Below, piece after piece: positions 1-11,700 of a DNA stretch of 64,000 bases. The stretch's first letter is position 1; every line of letters begins with the position of its first letter. The position numbers and the translations under genes were made by a program. Source of the stretch: Hormiphora californensis (taxonomy: Eukaryota; Animalia; Ctenophora); contig CM035359.1 in assembly GCA_020137815.1 (NCBI GenBank), positions 6,200,001 through 6,264,000 on the forward strand. The letters run 5' to 3'. The notes under the pieces were generated by a model. It worked only from the letters and a program-made list of their open reading frames with translations. It was not told the DNA's origin and ran no database searches.

Positions 1-1207
1 ATTTTTTTTTTTTTTTTCCCTTTTCCCAAAAAACCCCCAAACCCGGGGAAAATTTAAACCATTTTAAAAATTTTTTTTTTGGGGGGGGTTTTTTCCCCTT
101 TTTTCCCCTTTTAGGGGGGGTTTTTTTTTTTATTTTTTTTTCCCCCCCCCCCCTTTTTTTTTAACCCCCCCCGGGGGGCCCCCCAAAAACCCCCCCAAAA
201 AAAAAAAAAAAAAAACCCCTTTTTGGGGGTTTTTTTTAACAACGGACGCGGCATTCCCTTCAGTCCCCTCGTTGCGGGGGTGCGCGCATGAGGGGGCTGC
301 AGCGCATTCCAAACTCGGCCCGCGAGTTTAAAATTTATTTTCTTAATTGGCGAAGATTTGAAATTCATGTAACGCGCAAAATATGAATTCATGCGCCGCT
401 AACCATTCTTGGTGCGCGCTAGTTTTGGTTTTTTTTGTAAAAATTCGACAAATTTTAAATTTTATTTTTTTTCCAAATTTATAAATTTCTGACAAAACGA
501 CAAATTTCGATAATTATCATGTTGTGACTTCTCTGGACACGTGCTTTCATGTCTCGGGCGGGCGTTATGGTGTTACTTATGACTATTAGTGGTGCTCTAC
601 TCTCGTAGTCCCATGACTTCATTTTTTCCCCGCCCGGGTGAATGCCGAAGGCATTCACCCGGATGCCTTTTGTAAAAAGGCATAGGGGTTTAGAATTCGA
701 CAAGTTTACATACTAGTGAGGTGTCACGGTCACAAAACTGGCTGTAACTTTTCCATAGCAACGCATCCAGTGCGGAGGTATCACTTCACACACGATCTCG
801 GAAGAGATCGCGCGCGCAAGCAGGCGCGCGCGAATGAGCGCCTGCTTGTCATCGCGTCATCGCGTGTTACGTCATCGTAATGGTAATGACATAACAGAGT
901 ACTGCATTTGAAATTGTAAACGAGTTGTAATCTGAACTGCGCCTATTAGTGTTACTAGGATATCATATAGCACTGCAAATGAAGTCTAATTAGAAAACCC
1001 ATCAGCTCTGTACCGACTCACGTATCAGTACCAAACCCAATTAGCTTAGAAGCAGTACATGCCAGGTCACATACTATTGCTATAACTATATCAGGCGGGG
1101 AAACCAGGCGATATGACACCATATCGCAATTATTCTTGTTATTATTTTCTTATCGTGGCATCGAGATATGCTTTTACGCACCTATTGACATGACTCTCTT
1201 ATCTAGC

Positions 1208-4200
1208 ATGCGGTTATGGGGGATATTTAGTGTGTTATTTTTAACTGTACGTTGCCAAGTTCAACCCGGAATTTTTTATTATCCCACGTCAGCATCGGTA
1301 AGTTAGCGGCATATCACCCCAAATCATCAAATAAGAGATTAATAAATAACATCTCAAATTTTAGGGCAGTATTTGATTTTGTCAATTGTCTAAAATCAGA
1401 TTTAATGATAATGTTTTCCCAGGAAGAACCAGCCTCGCAAGTCAGTGAACAACGAACATTCTTTAGGGGGTCTACACTAAAAGGATCAGGTAAGAAATCT
1501 GCACATTATGTACATTTTTGTAACGAAATTTGGTTTATGTGTACAATTAATATTTATGGTATTGCTTTTGAGTAATGACAAAGTTACGAATATCCCTCTA
1601 ACACACCTCTTTGTTTCAGTAAAATGCCTCGGTGACGCACTAAAGACAAAATCTAACTACACCCTGCATGTGTGGTCATTTAAGACGAAATGCTATTCCA
1701 CTGTATTAGACAGTACCACCCAACAGCGAGTATCAAGATACGTGAACTTCTTTCTTGGGCAATCCGGTGAACCTGTTGAAGATTATACCAATGATTGCCG
1801 GTCTACTCGGTGCTTTTCCATGGATATAACGTGTGACTCAGCGAGGCCCACTATACCAGAGATCGGGAACGAAGGTGCAAGGTAATGACGTCATTGCATA
1901 CTAGAAACTGTCTTTGTGTCGTGTAATAGAGTTATCACTACACTATCAACCTAATTTATCACTTAGTTTCCACAGTTTGTAACCCCCTCCTCCCTCCAGG
2001 TTGTGCCCTGGGTATAGTTCTATACAGGCCCAGTGTGTTAAATCTGCTGAAGATAAATCCACTGAAGACAAAGCTGCCGAAGACAAAGCTGCTGAAGATA
2101 CTGTCCCAGCTGGTGGTGACGCTGAGAAGGAGGTCCCGGCTGCAGGAGAGACAGAAGATAACCCATCAGGTGATGGAGGTACGTGTTTTGAGTCGATCAT
2201 GAATCTTTTGTGGACTAAATTTTCTGTTTTTTAGATCAATTTGTATGTGTATGAGATAAAATCCCAGTGGCTTTTTATAGCGAATGGGCGAATCCCATTC
2301 GCAGCGAGAAATTTGACTGACAGCAGAAAAATAGAGAGAAAAATCCCTGTTTTGCTTGCTAATGCTGCTTTCACACCTCATTAGTGATCGTTACATGTTT
2401 AGAGAGCCACAATTGCTAGAAACGGGCGCGGATTTCGATTAGAGAGCCCAATTGTTAGCAGTTATTCCCGCCGCGCCAGCGGAATTACAGCAGAATGGGA
2501 GAAGAATGAGAGCAGAACGACTGCTGCCACAGCAGCAGCGACAGCGGAATGGGATCTAATCAGGTTCTGTGACATGCGATTCGCAGCGAGATTTTTCTAA
2601 AAAGCCACTGGGGATAAAATATATAACATTTGTCCAATACACCACTTGTTTCAGGTACCAGGAGAAAGCGTGACACCTTTGACACAGTTAAGGAGACAGC
2701 GAAGGAGATGACCAAAGGTTCAGATTCTCTTTCCAGTATTCCCTTTACCAAACTGGTCGATGTAAGATAATCTTGTTGTAATTATTCCGCCAATTATACA
2801 GGGAGGTAGATAGTAGATTGCTTGCATCGATCCCTCTCTCACCGCACACCCCGAGATAAACCTTCTTTTGCAATTTGATATTGTCTTCATACTAAATATA
2901 TTTGACATCCAATTCTCCCTTTTTCAGATTACTAAAACTGGTTCATACTACATTGGGTGGAGCATAGAACCAAGGACCACCGATTCAATTGTTGACCGAG
3001 AAAATGTATGTCTTCACATACTCATTTGTATTAAACTTTTCAATTATATTAGCAACTTAGTTTTGATAAGGGTCATGTTGTATCTGATTGGGACGTCTAA
3101 AAAAGGGGGTTAAATGTTGTTGAGAGCTCACCTGGTCCCGGAACAATTTCCAATTTATTTCTGGCTAACTACCCCAATCTCAGATCCAATTGATAGTAAA
3201 AGCACGTGATGAGAACCTGGGCTCATACCTAGAGGCTAAAGACTATCCTCTACTGATTTTCTATGGAGTGAGCAGTGGTGTCTATGCTCTTTTAGGTAAA
3301 GTGACTTCGTGGAATTATTATGTGAGATACAGTTGCAAACTTGTTTCCCCCTTTTTGATTTCTCCCCTGGCCCTCTTTTATTTTGTCTACAGAAGTACTG
3401 ATAAAATATTGGCTGATTGCCCACATTTTCTTTCTGTGTTGCCTTTGTGTCACGGTTTCAGGACATAAATTGATTAATAAATTAACATTAATCAATTTTC
3501 CTCTCCACAGCATTGGTATGGCTGATAATTTGTGGTGTTCACTGGAGAGATATCCTTCAAATACAGCTCTGGATCGGTGGAATGATTGCCCTCACTATGA
3601 TTGAGATGAGTGTCTTCTGCTCCAAATACCAGGTAAATACTACATGTTTTCACCAGGAACCGACCGAATTAGGAAATACTGGTCCCTGATTGGCTGATAA
3701 CCAGTCACGTGACCTAAATAACGAGTTTTGATTGGTTGTTTACTTGTTTCGGTCGGTTCCTGGTTTTCACGTACCGAGTTTTATGATTTGATACAGCTGT
3801 ATCATCCAAAACTATCCTAATCATCTTACCCTTTCTCTAGTCGGTGAACAATGGGAAGGTAGTCCCCGACTCTCTGGTAATATTTGCTGAGCTACTCCAA
3901 ACTTTCAAGCACGCTCTTTCTCGAGTCTTGATCCTTATCATTTGTATGGGATATGGTATTGTAAAGCCCAGGTTAGTCAAACTGAAACATTTATAATGCA
4001 ACAGGGCCTTGCTAATTATCATCCTCTCTGAATTCTGATATCATTTTACATCCTCATTCTTATTTCCCCAATTTAGTGATATTTCCCCCAGGCTCGGGTC
4101 AACTAAACACCTTGTTTTTGCTCTCGGTTTGGCGTACTGTCTCTTTGTTTCCATCGATGGAATCTACACTCAACTCTATGTAAGTACCTCCCTGTCTTTG

Positions 4201-5423
4201 TTTTGTTCAAACCGTTTTGTTCAAACTGCGAAAGACAGTCTAGCTAGGCAACCCTTTCTTTAGTCTTTTGTTTCTTTTTCTACTGCTTTGTAAGGGACCA
4301 AGTACAGTTCAATTAATTCCCTGTAGTAGTGTATGTAATTAATTCCCCTTTTCTAACACACACCCTTCCGAACAGTCCCAGAAGAACCCACTGACCAGCA
4401 GACAGCGCCTGTACGCCCACATCCCCCGGGCCGTTATCAACGCCATCCTGATATGGTGGATTATTGCTAGCCTGGTAGCCACTATTCGGACACTACGAAT
4501 GAGGTGAGAACTGAGTGTTACTATTTTTCTACCTGCATCAACTTAGCTATAATTGTGTATCCCATCCCCTCAGAATATTTTGAGTAATATTGAAGGAGGT
4601 ACTAATTATACTCGCCACAAAATTGATCAAAACATTGGTCAGTAGAAGTGCCAGCTGCTAAACAATGTTCCCTCTCAGGCGGAATGTTATCAAGCTAAAT
4701 CTGTATCGACACTTCAGTAACGCCCTCGCCTTTGCCATTGTATCCCTGATCGCTTTCCAAATCTGGTGGATAAACCTGACTAGGGACGGGTGTATCCAGG
4801 TAAGAATAGGGCAGAGCTGAGGGTGTGTACAGCTGTATTCAGGTATTAGGGACAGAGAGACTAAGAATGCAAATGGGTTCGTAACATTCCATGTTAACAC
4901 ACTTCTAGCACACTGTGTTAACATCTTCCTAACACCCATATTCCTTAGAACTGGAGGGAGTATTGGTTATCAGAGGATATCTTTTGGAATATTCTCTTCA
5001 CTATGATCCTTATCATGATCATGTTCCTTTGGAGACCAACCATCAACAACTCACGGTATGTTTTATCACTTATCAGTTTGTGTGTGTACTCAGTATGTGT
5101 GTGTACTCAGTAGTCAGTATGACAGTACACTGTACTGTCCTCACGGTATGTGTGTGTTCCTCATTGCTTTATACTCGTGAACGCTTTGGACACAACTCTC
5201 TTCCTTTCTGTCTATTTGAACATATTATATCTCGAAGACGTCATATATTATATCTAAGGGACGTTATCTCTTCCTTTCTGCTTGAAAGGAAGAGTCCTTT
5301 ACCGGGCAGATTCCACTGAACATATTATACAGGGTCTGGAATAAGACTAGCATGTAAACTGTATGTAAACTGAGAACTAATGTTTTATCCACTCTAGAGA
5401 GGATTGTGTAAACTCTCCCGCTG

Positions 5424-5491
<68 letters not shown>

Positions 5492-6703
5492 ACACACACA
5501 TTCAAAAGCACACTGCACACATCTTCATGAGCTACAACCCCGCTACAACGCAATATATTTTAGCATTGTAGCCTGACGCGGTTATAGAACACACGTATAA
5601 TTATATCCCTCGGTACCCCCCCCCCTTTCTTCACTGCTACACATTGTGCTTGAAAAATGAACCAAATTATTTAAATTATATTAATCTGATCAGCCACCTT
5701 CTTACTCTGTCAGTAATCAGAATTCAGTACCCTCTTTCTCTTTAGTCCCTGTTCAATGAGATGATCCTCATGCTTACCTTCTCTGTGTACCTGTCCACAA
5801 CTTCTGGGAAGGTTTCAGCCAAATCGAAAATTTTTTGCAAAATGACACACCCTACTCCACATTTCCCAGGTACGCCCTCTCTCCCCTCCTAACTCCCCAT
5901 TTCCCAGGTACGCCTTCTCTCCCCTCCTAACTCCACATTTCCCAGGTACGCCCTCTCTCCCCTCCTAACTCCCCATTTCCCAGGTACGCCTTCTCTCCCC
6001 TTCTTATAACCCCCATTTCCCAGGTACGCCCTCTCTCCCCTCCTAACTCCCCATTTCCCAGGTACGCCTTCTCTACCCATCTTATAACCCCCATTTCCCA
6101 GGTACGCCTTCTCTCCCCTCCTAACTCCCCATTTCCCAGGTACGCCTTCTCTCCTCTCCTCGATACAGATGAAGATGAAGACGAGGAAGAGACTATACAT
6201 GAAGCATTCGGTGAGTTTTGAGTAGTATTAAAATGTATCTAGTCATGTGTGACCTGTGTGTGTGTGAAATGTCACAGTGTGCTTTAAATGCTCCAGTGAT
6301 GTATAAACAAGGAAAGTGTTAGACTAAATGGTACACACTAGTATAGTATAACCCATTTGGGTCCTAGAAAGGCCCCACTGTTAACCCCACTGTTAACCCC
6401 ACTGTTAACCCCACTGTTAACCCCACTGTTAACCCCACTGTTAACCCCAAGATATTTCAGAGGGTAAAAACCGAGCTAAGATCAAAACTCGTAATCTCTC
6501 TAGCTGTGTCCGTTATTAATAGCTCAATTTACACAAAGCATGCTCTTGATTTGGGTTTCATAGTATTTCCTGAATAATCTGTGATCTGTAATGATAAACT
6601 GTGATTTTATTGTGTTTGTGTGTGTTCCGTGTTGCAAGACCAGGTGTTTCGTAAAGATTCTCCATTATGCAAAGATTCTCCATTATGCAAATTTGACGCA
6701 ACA

Positions 6704-6788
<85 letters not shown>

Positions 6789-7202
6789 CCCATCTCCCAC
6801 TCTCTCACTCCCTGTAACACTCATTTTCCTTCAGAGGGCATGAAGCTCAGGAACATCAAGAAGAACGGTGGTGAGAGAAGTAGCAGGGGAGATAGAAATG
6901 TTGAAGATGATTTGAAATGGGTGGAGGAGAATATTCCATCTGCTATGGGAGATACGTAAGTAGTAAAACAGTTTTATTACTTGACTTACAGCCCCTTCCA
7001 TGTATTCGTTCAGACATTTATTGGAGTATCGGATGCGTTGGAATTCCATATCCTACGATCTCTCCGTTTCTTTACATCCCTTCTACTCACGCACGTTTCT
7101 TTACCAATTACCTTTACTCTCTCCCCCAGTGTGTTTGAAAGGTTAATGGACTCAGATGAAGAGGTCGAACACAAACGATACGAAATGTCAAAGATGCAGT
7201 AA
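1208..7202 (+). CDS. TMEM87: Transmembrane protein 87A/B (lung seven-TM / GOST family), about 16 exons
   Basis: Spliced by hand from GT-AG exons. Signal peptide [12 protein letters not shown] (ATG 1208). Core segments include [82 protein letters not shown] and [18 protein letters not shown]. The C-terminus FEGMKLR...[13 protein letters not shown]...LMDSDEE...EMSKMQ* closely matches my recollection of TMEM87A. Internal exon edges are approximate. Confidence 0.93.
3654..3762. mobile_element. 109-bp hAT-type MITE (family A)
   Basis: TIR CAGGAACCGACCGAA; 8-bp TSD GTTTTCAC; lies in a TMEM87 intron. Confidence 0.9.
5851..6160 (+). repeat. About 38-bp tandem repeat spanning a TMEM87 splice acceptor (8 copies)
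   Basis: CCATTTCCCAG|GTACGCCYTCTCTCCCCTCCTAACTC repeated; the real exon starts at 6140. Confidence 0.9.
6372..6448. repeat. 12-bp tandem repeat (CCCCACTGTTAA)n
   Basis: About 6 perfect copies. Confidence 0.9.
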
Positions 7203-8783
7203 TCTCACACAACAGACCAACTAAATATACAGTTTTGGAGTGAAATCATTCGGTCAAAACACTATACTAGGGAGAGGGAGAGAAAGAGAGAGAGAAAGAT
7301 CAGGGACACAGTTGATTGTTTGATGTTGTAAATGTGCATGCATATCTGTGGGCGTCTGTGTGTGTTTGTCTGTCTGTGTGTTTGTCCGTCTGTGTGTGTG
7401 CCACAAAATTAATATATCCGCTTTTGCTCCAATTTGCACAGTGTGCTATTTATGGTTTCTTGAACCTTCATCACACCGCTCTCTCACACACTAATATGAA
7501 AACACGGCACATTTTATTTATTTTTGCTACATATAGAAAATATCTTGTCAGTGTTATATATCTAGGGGCAGTGTGTTACAAAATGTTAGATAGTGTGTTG
7601 CATGTTCTCTTTTGGTTTTATTTAAACATAATTTGTTGCCCCAGCCCCAAAAAAGAACTTGAGTTATTCATGTTTCCCGTGTTCGTATCGCAATATGAAG
7701 AGTACAGGCACTTTTTATTAAATTTTGAACATAAATGTGAATGAGATGCTATAATCCTCCACAAGGGCGTGGGGAGAGAGAGAGAGAGGGTCGAGCCTAT
7801 CAATGGCCCTCAAGTCAAAAAAGGGACAGTTTTCTGTTCATCCTTTTAGAAGGAATAAGTAAGGGAAGCCATGATGTAACGGCACCACAGTCGGTACTAA
7901 TTAGGAATCCAGATATACACACTCACATGACCACGTAGCCACTCCAGCCGATATTTTACACGCACGCATTACGGGAATATTGATGGAGGGCGCGGAACTG
8001 TTCTTGTGAGGGGAGGAGAAAGTGTGCGCGTAGTGCAGGCCATGTAGCAGTGTGCGCGCAGCAATGACGTCACAAGGTGAGATGAGCAATTACAGTTGCA
8101 CTTGCAGCAACACTGAACTGCAGCGGCGGAATATTGCTGCTGCATCGGCTGCATACACCAGGTTGTTAGGCCTCGATGTATAATACACATTTGCATGACC
8201 TGGAATTCAACCTCAATTTTGCAGCTAGATTCCGCTGTGTTATATGAACCATGGCCATGATAGCTGTCTGGCGCCGCCAAACAGTACCTGGGTTAGCCTT
8301 GCCGTTATAGCCCTACTTTACCTTCTCATTACAGAGATTACAGAGAATAAAAACCAGTTGTGTCGTTGATCGGGCCATTAAAATTGGCAATAAATAGAAA
8401 CAAACAAACAATACAACAAAACGCATTTACACGCGATTTCCTACTACACACTACCATCAACTATCTCTCTCACACACACACACTCTTACTCTCTGTCTCT
8501 CTCTCTACACTCTCCTCTCTCACAGTATCTATCATACATACCGAAAATCGTACCCACACGGAAAGCAATAATTCTCCCGTAAAATAAACCCGGGTATCCG
8601 GATATAGAAACATATCAAAATATTGTTCAATTTCTCCTTTCACTCATCACCTCGCCTTAACCCGCCTGGCGCTTAACAATCTTCCCGCCCTGAATCTCTG
8701 AATATCAAATTAAAAACAACTAAATGTGTCTATTCAGGCGAAATACCTCCCCCGTCTCTCCATTAGCATTAACAGTTAAAGGA

Positions 8784-11700
8784 TCATACGTGACGCTCTT
8801 TGCCTTCTTCGGGTCCCCGGTAAGAACGGGCAAAATGCCAAGTTTCCAGTCCCATTTTGTTGTCGTGGCCTTCGTCAACCTTGTATAACCTGGTGAGGAG
8901 GATGGGGTTACTAATAATCGGCACTGTCTTATTGCATTCAAACTGTCTGGTGCGACCTGAGTCCTGAGAAAAACCATTTGACCAAGTATTTGAAAACCCA
9001 ATTGTCTCAACTTAGTTGTCCCTAAAACATCCCTAAAACTGGACTTACCCCCTTGTCTTTGTTGCGTCGTTTGAAGACAAAGCAGGCAATTAGTAGGATA
9101 ATTAGTAGGATAACAACGACAATTATAACGATAATTATAGGCAGGTTCTTGTTCTTGTTAACTACCACTGGTTCCTGGAGTAAAGAGGGGGATTGATTAA
9201 ACTTCACAGAACAATAACAAGTAATGGAAGTTATAGTAGAATCGCCCATCTGTGGTGTAATATCCCACTTATCCAATTCTTAGATTTAAGCCCATCTGTG
9301 GTGTAATCGTAACTATTGGGATGTGGAATTTCCACTTTACTTATCCATTTCTTTGTCTTATTACCGTGATAGGTGGTTGGGTGGTTTTGGGTGGTGTAGT
9401 GGGTGGTTTGGTAGTCACAATATCAACTCCGCTCCAATCGAAAGATTCCACGGATAGGCAGCCATCGTCAGATATTCCCTCCATTATAATGGTACCACGG
9501 CGCGGTGCTGCATTGGTTGCCACCCCAACAATATCGTCCAGATTAAATGTTACATCTGAGGGAGGGGGAATTAGATTTGGGTCAACAACACACTTTCATT
9601 TTAGAGAAACTCGAAGTAAACAGTGAAATGTGAGAAATATCTAAAACTTGATACAGTCGGACCCCGATTTAGTGGCCCCCGATTTAGTGGCACCCCGATT
9701 TAGTGGCAGGATATTTTCCCCCGATACCTATATGAAATTAACATTATTTGACCCCGATTTAGTGGCACCCCGATTTAGTGGCAGGATTTTTTTCCCGAGG
9801 ATGCCACTAAATCGGGGTCCGACTGTATAATATATTAACGGGATATTTACCTGCCATACATCCTGAGAAGACATCGTCTACGGAGATGTAGACACCCATT
9901 ATGTACTTCTGAGGGGAATCAAACCACAGCTCCTCTCCTGAAAATGAAGATTGGTTTGTGACAATCTCGGAGGAACAAAAGGAGTTGTTCTCATGGTACT
10001 GACCCCATTATTCAACAATAAAGAAGGATGGGGTTGTAACCGGGAGTTAGTGATGAGTTGTTAGTGAGAAAGAGAGAAAAGTAGATAAAATTTGAATCAC
10101 ATTAGAATGCCAAAAGAAGAATACCAGACTGATTAAAGAAAGCCAAATGCTCACCAATGGTAGAATTGATCTTGTGGAAGTAGTGTGGTTGTTCGACTCC
10201 GTTAATTATCACCAGGACTCTCCTGTTCTTTCGTAGTACGTTTATAGAGTTGCTCTTACCAATCTGTAAAGGGGGATGCAGGTTAGTAATGAGGGGGGGG
10301 GGGCACATTTAAACAGGGGGATGTTGTTGAGTAAGGGGGATGAGGGCTAGGGGTACATATTTATTTTCATTTAGTCAAATAAGTACCCAACAAATTCCGT
10401 CATTCCAGATATATCATTCAGTAAACACAATAATATTCCAATAACCCTTCTCTACCTGCATCACACACACCATCAATGACGTCACATATTTTACCTCGAT
10501 AGGAGTATCTGGAAAAGTGAGATGGATCTTCTCAAGGGTATCAACTCCAAGGGTCAGCTGCATAGTTAGGGATACAATTCCATTCACTAATTTCAGATCC
10601 CAATAGTTTTCCATCTCAGTGGTTTTACCGCCTGATACCCGGAGTAACCTGAAGAGAAAGGGGGATTAGAAGACATTTGTTAGGGGATTCAGTGCTAGAA
10701 ATAACTTGGATTAATTGGATTGGATTAATTTGGATTCTTTGTTAGAAATTGTAGCAACATTTAAAGTATTAACGATGATAACATAACTAATGAATGTTTG
10801 GTTTGGTTTGGGCCGCCAACCAACCAAACCAAACCAAACCCAAACCCAAACTAATGAATGTTAACTTACTTGGCAGACAATGTATCAGGTTTGAAGGTCA
10901 TCGTCAGCTTGTCTGCCAGGGACGGTCTGGATCTGCTCAGCTCGTATTGGAGTCCAGAGGATGTTCCAAACGAGGCCGAGGGAGCTGAGATGAGAGGACA
11001 GTGTTAGAGAGAGGGATGGAGGGAGTGGGTAACATTTAAATTGGAATATTATTGATTGGTAGAACATTTAGAGATCAAAACATGTAAATTTGATTAGCAA
11101 TTGGATGTCCTAAAAACATGAAAATTTAAAATGCTGAATCTTCAAGCGAGAGTGATTGGAACATAATAACAGGAACAGAATCCATCAGATTGAGAACAGA
11201 GGTTGGATCAATTGGGGGACATGGAAATTATTATTGGTTAGAACGGATATTGGGTGTCTTACGGCAGTATGGGACATAACAAGGGGACCGATGGTAAGTG
11301 CAGCCATACGGAGGCTTTTCCATACAATACGAGCCAGCTGGGTGTGGGGGCTGGGTTAGGGTAACCATGGTAACCATAGTAGGTGTGGGGCTGGGTTAGA
11401 GTAACCATAGGAGGTGTGGGGCGGGGTTAGGGTAACCATGGTAACCATGGTATGTGGCTTGGTAATGAAATTACCTCTCCGCAATATAATAACAGGGGTG
11501 ACTTCGTAACCAAGGTGTGAGGCTGGTTTAGGGTAACAATGGTAACAATGGTAACCATGGTAACCATAGAACAAGAAATAGTAACGCAAGAATATAAAGG
11601 ATTGTTTGAGACTGGTGAAGTTCAAAAGTAGGAAGGAGCAGATACAGAAAGTATAACAGCTGAAGCTGTGACAAAACAAAAACAGAAGTGTTTCGAGCAA

